Below are positions 9,262-18,514 of a stretch of DNA of 64,000 nucleotides, piece after piece (the first letter of the stretch is position 1; each line of letters opens with the position of its first letter). Where the stretch lies: the IMG/VR virus record IMGVR_UViG_3300045988_164340, positions 96,001 through 160,000 of that record, one strand, 5' to 3'. This DNA is from a virus. A program made the translations under genes and the position numbers. The notes beneath the pieces are model-generated. The model saw nothing but the letters and a program-made list of their open reading frames with translations. It ran no database searches and was not told the origin of the DNA.

Positions 9262-9798
9262 ATGTTTACTAAACAGGAATATCTTGAAGAATATAAAAAC
9301 AATAACAAAAAAGCCAACATTACTAAACTTTTTGGCTATATTGAGGAACGTCTTGACCATAATTCCAGTTTAGGCTGTAACGTGGCTCGTTTTGAAAATT
9401 TTCAGCTCAGTCCGACTTTATGGAAAATTCTAACCAATGATAAACAATTTAAAGTGATTTGTAAATGTAGAGGATACGACCTTGCTTTTCAGAAGAATGA
9501 AGATGGTTCTTGGGTTGATATTACCAGCGCCAAAGCAAAAGAAAACGCAGAAATTTGGAATCAGCTTTTTAAAGATAATGATGTAAGTTATTTCTTTAAT
9601 GTTATTATGGGGCGTCTTTTTGCTGTTGGTCGTAAAAAGAACATCAAACATCCTTATTATACTATTCATAAAGATTGCTGTAGTTCTATTGTTTGGGAAT
9701 TGGCAAACAATAAAACTTTTCTTGAAAAGATTGTTGAAAATGGATGGGACTTTGATTGTGGTACTGATTCTATTCCTTATATTCAAATTAAGGGATAA
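9262..9798 (+). CDS. hypothetical protein
   Basis: AAGGAG SD. Confidence 0.65.
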   Translation: MFTKQEYLEEYKNNNKKANITKLFGYIEERLDHNSSLGCNVARFENFQLSPTLWKILTNDKQFKVICKCRGYDLAFQKNEDGSWVDITSAKAKENAEIWNQLFKDNDVSYFFNVIMGRLFAVGRKKNIKHPYYTIHKDCCSSIVWELANNKTFLEKIVENGWDFDCGTDSIPYIQIKG

Positions 9799-9823
9799 TT
9801 AAATAATGTGGATAGGAGAAAAA

Positions 9824-10039
9824 ATGTATATTCCAAAAAGTAATAGATAGATATCTTTACTTCCTTTTACTGGTTGTGATGAAAAGAAATGCCCATGGAA
9901 GGATTGTGTAAGGCATCCTGAAAGTGGATTTACATATAATTCCATGGGACATTTATCTTATCTTTGTAAAAAATTTAAAGAAGTCCCGAAAGAGGTTGAA
10001 GAAACGAAGGAGAAAGAAACAAAGACAAATGATTCTTAA
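9824..10039 (+). CDS. hypothetical protein with in-frame TAG (codon 9)
   Basis: TAGGAG SD, ATG 9824; TAG 9848-9850; frame stays open 62 more codons to TAA 10037. Confidence 0.55.
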
Positions 10040-10385
10040 AATTATTATTAACCTTTGGCGATTTGTTTTTATTCTGGATGTTTTAGTTTTCTTTTATCTT
10101 GTCAGAGAAGTTACAAAATATGTAAACGATTTCTTTGACGCGAGAAATGTTAAGATTAAAGTATCCAGTACTGGTTCTGCAATTCCAATCATTCAAATTC
10201 TTATTCTAAGTGCTCTTCCAATCATTAATATTATTTTAGGTTGGACATGGATATTTAATTACCAAAAATTTATGAAATTAACTTGCATTAAGCTAAATGA
10301 ACATCTTTATAAGATGGGCATCATTTCTGATGAATTAAAAGATGAATTTTATCATAAAGTCATTAAAGATTTTGAAGGGTCTTAA
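10029..10385 (+). CDS. membrane protein
   Basis: ATG 10029 (MILKIIINLW) overlaps upstream stop; TM segments. Confidence 0.55.
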   Translation: MILKIIINLWRFVFILDVLVFFYLVREVTKYVNDFFDARNVKIKVSSTGSAIPIIQILILSALPIINIILGWTWIFNYQKFMKLTCIKLNEHLYKMGIISDELKDEFYHKVIKDFEGS

Positions 10386-10390
10386 TTGAT

Positions 10391-10882
10391 ATGAAAACTG
10401 AAAAAGAAGTAATTCCTGCTCAAGAAAAAACATATTGGGTTGCAGATGACGGTCGTAGATTTTCTACCGAAGAAGAATGTTTCGCTTATGAAAAAAGAGC
10501 AAGTATTCGTGATGTAATGGTTGAGCGCTCCTTCTTGGTTCCTAACCTTTACGAAGATAAAGTAGAGTTTTGGTTTATTTTAGGCGAAGAAGCTACTCCT
10601 ACTTATCTTATTAGTTACCTTGAATATTTTTTAAGAATTTATATTAGCTCTTGGCAAAAAAAGACTTTGGCTCAAGTTTGTTTAGAACAGAAAAAAGACC
10701 AGAAGTATTATCTTATCGGTTTAAAAATTGATAATAACGGAGATAATTCTACTTTTGAAGTTCTTACCATTGATTTCGCAGAAGAAGAAACAAAAGAAGC
10801 CATCACTGATTACGAAAAAATCTTGAAAGAATACTCTGCTCTTAGAGAAAGACTGTCTATTTTTCCTGAAACAAATCAATAA
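10391..10882 (+). CDS. hypothetical protein
   Basis: Track ORF. Confidence 0.6.
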   Translation: MKTEKEVIPAQEKTYWVADDGRRFSTEEECFAYEKRASIRDVMVERSFLVPNLYEDKVEFWFILGEEATPTYLISYLEYFLRIYISSWQKKTLAQVCLEQKKDQKYYLIGLKIDNNGDNSTFEVLTIDFAEEETKEAITDYEKILKEYSALRERLSIFPETNQ

Positions 10883-10886
10883 ATAC

Positions 10887-10915
10887 TTGACAACTCTTTT
10901 TAGGTCTGGTATACT
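10887..10915 (+). promoter_or_regulatory. sigma70-type promoter
   Basis: AAATACTTGACA, 17 nt, TATACT. Confidence 0.7.
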
Positions 10916-10955
10916 TTGAATATAAAGTAAATCGTTCCTGAAAGGAGTTGTTTAA

Positions 10956-11294
10956 ATGTATAATCGTAATTTTCATAATAAGATTGGCTCGGATAAAATC
11001 AAGCTCACTTTCCACTCTCGTGACCGTGGTTTGGAAAGATTGGGTATTAAGAATGAAAGAGAACTTCGTCAGTTAGCTTGCAATGCTCGTAATAAAGGCA
11101 TCAATCTTGATGCTGTAACTATTTACAACTACGAAAAGATTGGATTAACCAATGAAGAAATGTATGCTTTTAAGCGTCGTTTCCGTACCAAGTCCAACAG
11201 CGAACGTATTTATTATCACAAAGGTTTTGTCTTTGTATTCGCTGATAAAAATGCTTGCACACTTAAAACTGTAATTGAATTAAAAAATATTTGA
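10956..11294 (+). CDS. hypothetical protein
   Basis: AAAGGAG SD. Confidence 0.65.
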   Translation: MYNRNFHNKIGSDKIKLTFHSRDRGLERLGIKNERELRQLACNARNKGINLDAVTIYNYEKIGLTNEEMYAFKRRFRTKSNSERIYYHKGFVFVFADKNACTLKTVIELKNI

Positions 11295-11303
11295 GGTGGT
11301 ATT

Positions 11304-11699
11304 ATGATTTATAGTGCTAAAAACAATGTAGCAGAAAACAAAATTGTTACTTGCTTCCCTGTTCTTGTGGTTAAGTTTGATAACCATAAATGTGTTTATT
11401 TTATTAAGCATGACTATCTGTATTGTGTTGACAATTATTTCTTTTCACAAATTTGTGAAGAAGACAATATTCTCTGTGCTAATTCTGAAGGAGAAGCTTT
11501 GGCCTTGATTGGAGAAATTAAATCTCACCCAAATAGTGAACAACTAATTAACACTTTTATTAAAGCAGTTAAATCTTACAATAATTCTCCTAATGACCCT
11601 CAATATCTTGAACATTATTTTTCTGTTGTTCGAAAAGAACATGTTATTACCACTTCTTTAATGGACAATAAATACCACACTTCCCCTGAAAACTTTTAA
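11304..11699 (+). CDS. hypothetical protein
   Basis: GAGGTGG SD. Confidence 0.65.
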   Translation: MIYSAKNNVAENKIVTCFPVLVVKFDNHKCVYFIKHDYLYCVDNYFFSQICEEDNILCANSEGEALALIGEIKSHPNSEQLINTFIKAVKSYNNSPNDPQYLEHYFSVVRKEHVITTSLMDNKYHTSPENF

Positions 11700-11710
11700 G
11701 GAGGTTTAAC

Positions 11711-12220
11711 ATGGATAACTATGAAGCTATGAAGCCTTGGGAGCATGGAAAGATTGTTGAAATTCATCATGATATTAAGTCTATTTCTGTGTATCCTGTC
11801 GTTTATGAAAACAAAGATTTGTATGTCTGTCGAGTATCAGGTTCTACAGAAGTAATTATAATTAGAAAAAATTCTTATCAAAATTACGTCTTTGAATCTT
11901 ACGAAAAGTATATGAGTTGGAGACGAAACAACCCTTTTGCTAGTCTTAATAGCAGACGTTTCTTTGTATATATCCCCAAGAATGGGAAAATTTCTTTCGC
12001 TGATAATTTTCCTGTTAGAGATTCTCTTGATGAAGCATTGGCTAAAGCTGAACACGCTTATGATGAAGAGGAGAAATCTTTTAAGCATTTGCAAACCAGC
12101 TTTGAATATTATGCCAATAGAATTGAAGACACAAAAGAAACTTTAAAACAGAAAATGTCACGTATTGAAAATATTAAGGCTCAAATTGCGGAAAGGGATA
12201 AGAATAAAAATGGTATTTAA
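11711..12220 (+). CDS. hypothetical protein
   Basis: AAGGAGG SD. Confidence 0.65.
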   Translation: MDNYEAMKPWEHGKIVEIHHDIKSISVYPVVYENKDLYVCRVSGSTEVIIIRKNSYQNYVFESYEKYMSWRRNNPFASLNSRRFFVYIPKNGKISFADNFPVRDSLDEALAKAEHAYDEEEKSFKHLQTSFEYYANRIEDTKETLKQKMSRIENIKAQIAERDKNKNGI

Positions 12221-12542
12221 TATTACTGATAATGGTCTTGCTCATTCTAATATGGAGACTTATTATTGTATTGGTATTCCCCGAAAGAAACTCCCTCTTA
12301 ACTATGGTGAATCACCGTCTTATGGTTTTGCTAATAGAGGTTGGTCTAATATGCCTTATCTCATTGCAGAAAATTTCACTCTTTCTTGTTTTTCTTTTGA
12401 CAATGAAAAATGTGCTAAGGAATGGTGGAGTAAAAATAAAAAGTTTTTCCTTGAAAATAGAACTTATACCAAGGAATATGACTTTAATTATGCAAAGATT
12501 ATCAAGGTAGAAATTGGTAGTAAGTATACTATTATGCGTTAA
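12210..12542 (+). CDS. hypothetical protein
   Basis: ATG 12210 overlapping upstream stop. Confidence 0.55.
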   Translation: MVFNITDNGLAHSNMETYYCIGIPRKKLPLNYGESPSYGFANRGWSNMPYLIAENFTLSCFSFDNEKCAKEWWSKNKKFFLENRTYTKEYDFNYAKIIKVEIGSKYTIMR

Positions 12543-12553
12543 AGGAGAATACT

Positions 12554-12946
12554 ATGGTTAACCTTAAAAATCAGCCTGTGTATTATATTACCATTAAAGC
12601 AAACCGAGATTCTGAAATTAAGACTCTTTATGCTGGTGAACACTTTAGTGAAGGTGGTTTTTTCATCAATTTCGATTCAGCAAAACGCTTTAGTTGCCCT
12701 CTTTCCGCCGAAAAGTGGTTTAAGTTTAATTTCGATGAAACCAATCTTCCTCCTGAATATTATGATTGGACAAGCATCACTATTGAAGAGCTTAAACTCG
12801 TTCCTGTTATGAATATCTATCTTTCTAAGGAAGAGACAGTTTCAAATTCTGTAACTCTTGAAACCACCACAAAGCGAGAAAAGCCTAAGCGTACCTACAA
12901 GAAGAAAAAGGTAGAAGACAAAACTGACACCATTCCAGATAACTAA
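12554..12946 (+). CDS. hypothetical protein (YAG...AKRF paralog family)
   Basis: AAAGGAG SD; shares the TxYAG...F..AKRF pattern with 27852 and 28259. Confidence 0.65.
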   Translation: MVNLKNQPVYYITIKANRDSEIKTLYAGEHFSEGGFFINFDSAKRFSCPLSAEKWFKFNFDETNLPPEYYDWTSITIEELKLVPVMNIYLSKEETVSNSVTLETTTKREKPKRTYKKKKVEDKTDTIPDN

Positions 12947-12972
12947 TTCATAAAAATTTAACAACTTAAATA

Positions 12973-13001
12973 TTGACAAGTATCTTTTTTTATGTTAAAC
13001 T
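12973..13001 (+). promoter_or_regulatory. sigma70-type promoter embedded in a terminator-like hairpin
   Basis: TTGACA, 17 nt, TAAACT; gacaagtatc 12975-12984 pairs with gatacttgtc 13015-13024, then T-rich tail. Confidence 0.55.
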
Positions 13002-13077
13002 AATAACAGAAAAGGATACTTGTCCTTTATTTTAATTTAAATTAATCTATTGAAATATATAGAAGAATGGAGATAAC

Positions 13078-14109
13078 ATGGCAACTGTTTAGTATCATTA
13101 TGGTAAAAATAATTCTTTGCTTCGTTGGTATCATCCTATTGTAAAAGGGGTTACTTATAACAATGTGGTGGTAATTGATTGGCCTAAGAGTGAACTAAAG
13201 AGCGCAAGTATAGATATGTGTACGCAACCAAAGCTTAGTCCTGAAAAAATGTATAACCTTTATGGTTATAAGCCTGATGTTGTAACAAACGCTTTCTTCT
13301 TTGATACTGCAAGCGGAACTTCTATCTGGAATTTGAAAAGTAATAATAATGTTTATGCCAAGGATGGTAATTTCTCTAATGGCTGGGGCATTACAAATTC
13401 TGGAAAGATTATGAATGGCGTATTTAACAATGGTGTTGGTTGGAGAGATTTTGGTACAGAATATCCTGCTTTATTTAAAAATAAACAGCCTCAATCTGTA
13501 AAAAACTATGCTGACATTGATTATGAAGCCAAAAGACAGATGTTCGGTTGGACAAAGACAGATGGCAATCCTAAAAACGAAAAGTATTTTATTGTTTCTG
13601 TTGTGTCTGGTGGTATGAAACTTTCCACTGCTCAGAACTTCATTAAATCTCTTTTTCCTGATGTAGATTATTGTTGCAATCAAGATGGCGGAAATTCTAC
13701 TTATACAAACTTTGAAGGAAAGCGTCTTTCTGCGTCTAGTTGGTTAAGACCTGTTGATTCTATTCTTGCTTTCTGGCTTCGCTCTAATGCTGAAAGAGAA
13801 AAAGCAGAAATAGAAGAAAAGAAGCAAGACAAGGCTAACAAGAAAGAAGAAAACCGTCCTAAGAAAACTGGTTATCGTTGTCAGTTAGGAGCATTTAGTA
13901 ATGTAGCTCGCGCAATTACTTATAGAAATGAAATTAGAACTCTTACTGGCGTAATTGATTATTCAACTGCTTTTTGTATTTACGACCGCAAGACCAATCT
14001 CTATAAAGTTCAAGTAGGATTCTTTGCTAAAAAGTCTGGTGCTGAAAAGGTTAAGGCTGATTTGGCTGAAAAGGGATATAATTGTTATATCTGCTATGTG
14101 GAGGAATAA
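13078..14109 (+). CDS. cell-wall hydrolase: phosphodiester glycosidase (DUF2233/NAGPA-like) plus C-terminal SPOR domain; TAG at codon 5
   Basis: GGAG SD and ATG 13078; TAG 13090-13092 in frame with track ORF 13117-14109; NAFFFD and NQDGGNST motifs; SPOR-like YRCQLGAFSN...YKVQVGFF. Confidence 0.65.
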
Positions 14110-14112
14110 ACA

Positions 14113-14328
14113 ATGTCTACCATATTTACTATGCGAGAAGTAACTGAAAAATTAGATAAAATAGCTCAAGATTATAATTCGTTAATTATTTCAGCTTATC
14201 AAAACAATGATGAGTAGAAACAAAAGTATTACAAGGCAGAATTCTACAGGTTAACTTTTGCTTCATCTGAATTGAAAAAATTTGAAGATTGGGGATTCTG
14301 TGCTATAACTTATACTCCTGTCTTTTAA
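14113..14328 (+). CDS. hypothetical protein with in-frame TAG (14215); frame stays open past TAA 14326 to TGA 14484
   Basis: ATG 14113; manual translation. Confidence 0.4.
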
Positions 14329-14476
14329 AGATGGGCTTGTTTATTCCCTAGAAACTATAAATATATAGGTGGTAGAAGCTATCCTTATTCCGAAGATGAC
14401 CCTCCTATCCTTTTTGTTAGCGGAGTAGTTGATGGAATTTTAGACGAATATTTATATAAGGAGTACACTCAAGGAC

Positions 14477-14782
14477 ATGAATGAGAAGAAGTATGAAGTG
14501 ATTTCTGATATTACCTCTCTTATTGATTAGGAAATTGCAGATTTTATCCAACGTATTATTGACAACGATGAAACTTTAGCTACTTTAACTGATACTTTTT
14601 TTATCAGTTATGATTATGAGTATGAAAATGTTTATATTTGCACTACCTATCCACAGTATTTAACTGTAATTAATCACCAACTTTTTAAAGATTTGTGTGA
14701 TATAATTAACGAGTATTATGGATTTTCTGTCTTTGTTAGAAAAGTTGATTCAATTATTAGCATTAAATCTAAGGAAAGCTAA
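14477..14782 (+). CDS. hypothetical protein with in-frame TAG (14528)
   Basis: ATG 14477 (ATGAATGA overlap); open to TAA 14780 only if TAG is read. Confidence 0.5.
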
Positions 14783-14802
14783 CAATTTAATTTAATAAAT
14801 AG

Positions 14803-14831
14803 TTGACAACACCTCTCCTTTATGGTATATT
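14803..14831 (+). promoter_or_regulatory. sigma70-type promoter
   Basis: TTGACA, 17 nt, TATATT. Confidence 0.7.
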
Positions 14832-14859
14832 AAATATACTAAAAAAGAGAGGTGCTTTT

Positions 14860-15420
14860 ATGTTTGAGATTTTGTATGTTATTAGCGGATTTCTTTTTAT
14901 TGTATTTGTTATATTTTCTTTTTGTCTTGCCCATATTGTTTATAAAGATGAAGATGATGGATATCAAAACACAATAATTGATTGGATTAAAGAATATCGT
15001 AAAGATTGGCGTAATTGGACGCATTTAAAGTTTAACGAATGGAAAAAATATTATATTTTAGCTCCTGATGAATGGAGATTAACATGGTTTGCTCCTAAGC
15101 GAACAATTAGAGACAAAAAGGGTCGTTGGGATACAGTTTATATTAACTTTGGTTTTATTGGAAATATTAGATATGTCCTTTTTAAGCATAACATGGAAAA
15201 TAGACGCAGAAAGAATAAAGCTGCTCAAAGTTCTCAAGATAATTTAAGATATGTTCTCGAAGCTGTTCAAGGAGATATTAATAAAATCCAAAAGAAAGCC
15301 GAAGAGGAAATCAATAAAGCCAAAGAAGAAACAAATAAGATTCGAGAATCTTATTTAACCGAAGAATCTTATTTAAATAAAGAAATTGAATTAAAATCTA
15401 CTGATAAATGGGAGAATTGA
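14860..15420 (+). CDS. membrane protein, tandem paralog A
   Basis: ATG 14860 after GAGAGGTG; FGFIGN...KKAEEEINKAKEE shared with the next gene. Confidence 0.65.
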   Translation: MFEILYVISGFLFIVFVIFSFCLAHIVYKDEDDGYQNTIIDWIKEYRKDWRNWTHLKFNEWKKYYILAPDEWRLTWFAPKRTIRDKKGRWDTVYINFGFIGNIRYVLFKHNMENRRRKNKAAQSSQDNLRYVLEAVQGDINKIQKKAEEEINKAKEETNKIRESYLTEESYLNKEIELKSTDKWEN

Positions 15421-15421
15421 T

Positions 15422-16051
15422 ATGCCACTATTAAAAATTGCTATGATTTTACTTTTAGTTACTTTGGTTGGACTTTTTATTTGGTTTCTTTGCTTTCTTT
15501 TGCTTGGTCCACTTGTTTTAAAAGGAATCTTTGATGCTGATTTAGATAATATCAATGAAAAGCGCGAGCACGAAGAATGTACCAAGATGGATTTTGATAA
15601 GTGGTACGACATTTTTTGTTTAAACAATGAGAAATGGAATTTAGGTTGTCTTCCATATTGTCGTCTTGATACAACAAGACAAAGATTTGGAGAAATTATT
15701 ATTACTTCAAATTATTGGAATCATAATTATTGTGTTAAAAATATTTATGTGGATTTTGGTTTTATTGGCAATCTAAAATATTCTCGTTGGCGTCATAAAT
15801 ATCTTAAAAATAAAAAGACCCAAGAAACTCAAGAAAGAGAATTAAAAAATCTTAAATTTATTCTTGAAAGCGCTCAAGAAGATATTGAAATTCTCAAAAA
15901 GCAATCCGAGGAAGAAATTAACAAAGCAGCAGAAACCACTAAAAAAGTCAAAGAGAATCTTGACAAACAAAAGTTACGAAAGATGAAAACAGGGTATGAT
16001 AATGACCCTCCAATGTATTCCATCTTTAGATATGATGACGTAGAGTTTTAA
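15422..16051 (+). CDS. membrane protein, tandem paralog B
   Basis: FGFIGN...KKQSEEEINKAAE. Confidence 0.65.
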   Translation: MPLLKIAMILLLVTLVGLFIWFLCFLLLGPLVLKGIFDADLDNINEKREHEECTKMDFDKWYDIFCLNNEKWNLGCLPYCRLDTTRQRFGEIIITSNYWNHNYCVKNIYVDFGFIGNLKYSRWRHKYLKNKKTQETQERELKNLKFILESAQEDIEILKKQSEEEINKAAETTKKVKENLDKQKLRKMKTGYDNDPPMYSIFRYDDVEF

Positions 16052-16097
16052 ATAAAAGATTTCTTTTATTTGATTAAAATGCTAAGGAGAATATTTA

Positions 16098-16319
16098 ATG
16101 TTTATTTGTTATAATAATTGTTTATTTAATTCCGATAATATTAATTTTATGAGAGTTAATGAAAGAGATATCATAATTGGCTTGATGGGTGAAAATCATA
16201 TTTTGAAGTATGAAAATAAAGACCTTGTAAAAAAGGCTTGCTCTAAAATTCGTGTTGCTATTACAAAGAATTCTTCTATTGTAGATATCTCTGAAAGTAA
16301 ACTTAAGGAGACAACTTAA
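16098..16319 (+). CDS. hypothetical protein
   Basis: AAGGAG SD; N-terminus similar to the next gene. Confidence 0.6.
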   Translation: MFICYNNCLFNSDNINFMRVNERDIIIGLMGENHILKYENKDLVKKACSKIRVAITKNSSIVDISESKLKETT

Positions 16320-16625
16320 ATGATTATTTGTTATGATAATCAAATTATTAATTTAGATATGGGCTGGAGAGCTATTCACATTACTGCCTGTAGAGATTTT
16401 GGCTGGGAAATTTCTCCCTCTGTTTATTCTCTTACTATTGAGCTTAATGATAAATCTTCTTATAACTTGGGTGTTTTTACAGAAGATGAATATTGTTTGG
16501 CAAAAATGATGATGGATAAAATTAAAGAGGGTTTAGCTAATAATATTTCTTTCCTTGACCTTGATGATTACTTGAAAATGTGGAAGAAGAAATTAGAAAA
16601 AGAAAAGGAAGCTAAGAATGGATAA
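16320..16625 (+). CDS. hypothetical protein
   Basis: AAGGAG SD. Confidence 0.6.
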   Translation: MIICYDNQIINLDMGWRAIHITACRDFGWEISPSVYSLTIELNDKSSYNLGVFTEDEYCLAKMMMDKIKEGLANNISFLDLDDYLKMWKKKLEKEKEAKNG

Positions 16626-17307
16626 TGGTTTTAATTTAAAAGAAGATAGAATTACTTTTGACTGTATGCCAGAAGATATGCAAATGAGTGATGCAGGGTT
16701 TAACGCTCTCATGGGATGTACTATTCTTTGGGGATTGATTTGTAATTTCTTCATCTGTATGTTCCTTGAAACACAGGTCTTTAGCTTTGTATCGTCTCAT
16801 CCTCTTCTCTTTATTTTGGGATATTTTGCTCTGGCTTTTCTTGGAGCTGTTATTATTAGTGGTACAGAAAACGCTGTAATTGCTTTCCTCGGATTTAATC
16901 TCATTTGTTTACCTATTGGAGCACTTCTAAGCGTTTATGTAAGTCAGTATACAGTGTTGAGTATTAGCTATGTATGTCTTCTTACTGCTATTATTGTAGT
17001 AATTATGATTGTTGTTAGCACAGTATTTCCAGAGTATTTTTGTTCTCTTGGACATATTCTTCTTGTATTTTTAATTAGTATTATTTTTATTGAGGGAATT
17101 TTAATATTCTTCCTTGGATATGAAGGCCATGTAATTGATTATCTTGTAGTAGCACTATTTTCTCTTTATATTGGTTATGATTGGTACTGTTCTCAGAGAT
17201 ATGCTGCTACACCTTATAATGCCATTAGTTGTGCAACAGACCTTTATCTTGATATTATTAATATCTTTGTTCGTTTGCTCGCAATTCTAGGCAAGAAAAA
17301 AGATTAA
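16618..17307 (+). CDS. Bax inhibitor-1/YccA family membrane protein
   Basis: Multi-pass TM protein; C-terminal DLYLDIINIFVRLLAILG matches the family signature. Confidence 0.7.
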   Translation: MDNGFNLKEDRITFDCMPEDMQMSDAGFNALMGCTILWGLICNFFICMFLETQVFSFVSSHPLLFILGYFALAFLGAVIISGTENAVIAFLGFNLICLPIGALLSVYVSQYTVLSISYVCLLTAIIVVIMIVVSTVFPEYFCSLGHILLVFLISIIFIEGILIFFLGYEGHVIDYLVVALFSLYIGYDWYCSQRYAATPYNAISCATDLYLDIINIFVRLLAILGKKKD

Positions 17308-17311
17308 ATAC

Positions 17312-17340
17312 TTGACAACTCCTTATTTTTTTGGTATTAT
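17312..17340 (+). promoter_or_regulatory. sigma70-type promoter
   Basis: AAATACTTGACA, 17 nt, TATTAT. Confidence 0.7.
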
Positions 17341-17370
17341 TTAAGTATCAAAGATAAGGAGTTGAATTTT

Positions 17371-17640
17371 ATGGAAAAGAAAAAGTACACTTATGATTTA
17401 ACTTTTGAGGAAGTCCTTGAAGAAATTTGGTATAAAAATTGTTGGTATCAGGGTAACAATTTTGCTGATGGTTCTGTTCTTGAAGTTACGCCTGATAAGG
17501 AAATTTATATAAAGACCTTTGTACGTACCGTTTCTCATTCTACTCGTGTATTTAGCTCCCCTCTCATTCTTACTGAGGGAGTTTATGAACAAATGTATCG
17601 TCGTGTATATACTCAACCTGATGCTGAAAGGAGAGTTTGA
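17371..17640 (+). CDS. hypothetical protein
   Basis: ATG 17371 after TAAGGAG. Confidence 0.6.
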   Translation: MEKKKYTYDLTFEEVLEEIWYKNCWYQGNNFADGSVLEVTPDKEIYIKTFVRTVSHSTRVFSSPLILTEGVYEQMYRRVYTQPDAERRV

Positions 17641-17680
17641 TGTTATATCATCTCTCTTTTGAATAGGAGGAACATTATTA

Positions 17681-17995
17681 ATGGAACGCATTAAAAAGGG
17701 ACGCAGAGAACCTACCCGCGACAAGAGAGAAAATTGCAACGTCGTAACCTCTCTTCTTGATGTCAATGGTAACAATATTATTACTGGCAATTTATATGAA
17801 ATTAAGGGTAAGAATCATTCCTATATGGGAAGGGTGTTTTATAATAGGTATCAGAAAGCCTTTGGCGTTTTTATGGGTTGCTGGTACGGAGATAGGAATA
17901 TCTACAATCCCGATAGTTATGGTAAATTCGTAGCCATCCCTAAAGATAATGGCATGAAGAATCAAATTTTTCCTGTTGAAGAAATGGAGCTTTGA
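17681..17995 (+). CDS. hypothetical protein
   Basis: AGGAGG SD. Confidence 0.6.
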   Translation: MERIKKGRREPTRDKRENCNVVTSLLDVNGNNIITGNLYEIKGKNHSYMGRVFYNRYQKAFGVFMGCWYGDRNIYNPDSYGKFVAIPKDNGMKNQIFPVEEMEL

Positions 17996-17996
17996 T

Positions 17997-18203
17997 ATGA
18001 AAATTAAACATATTAAATCTAGAGTTGTTTTACCAGAAGAAAATTACTGGTATGACATTAATTATAATACAGAAATTGCAACTTGTTCTCGTTGTAAACG
18101 TAGAGGAAAAATTAGAACCACAATTACTAAGTGGGGTGGTTACGCAATCAGTAATCCTTATTGTCCCGCTTGTGGTGCTTTTATGAAAAACGGCTGTAAT
18201 TGA
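17997..18203 (+). CDS. zinc-ribbon protein
   Basis: ATG 17997; CSRC...CPAC. Confidence 0.55.
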   Translation: MKIKHIKSRVVLPEENYWYDINYNTEIATCSRCKRRGKIRTTITKWGGYAISNPYCPACGAFMKNGCN

Positions 18204-18211
18204 GGTATAAT

Positions 18212-18514
18212 ATGTCAAAAATTGTTTGTGCTGCTATTAAATTTACAAGCAAAGCAGATGAAGATAACATTATTGTTCTTCCTTGTATTCGTCATGGTGA
18301 TGGATACAAGCAGTTTGCTTATCTTAATTTTGTATTAGCTGGAAATTATTCTCGTGGTGATTGGAACAAAGAAGAAGGCTTCGTTGACAACAATGGAAAA
18401 TTTCATTCCAGAGAAGAAGCATTTCAGCTTGTAAAAGATTCTCTTCCTACTTCTCTTATTTACTTTAAAGAACAGCATAAAGAAACCGAACTTTACTCGG
18501 AGGACTTATATTAA
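18212..18514 (+). CDS. hypothetical protein
   Basis: ATG 18212 after GAGG. Confidence 0.55.
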   Translation: MSKIVCAAIKFTSKADEDNIIVLPCIRHGDGYKQFAYLNFVLAGNYSRGDWNKEEGFVDNNGKFHSREEAFQLVKDSLPTSLIYFKEQHKETELYSEDLY

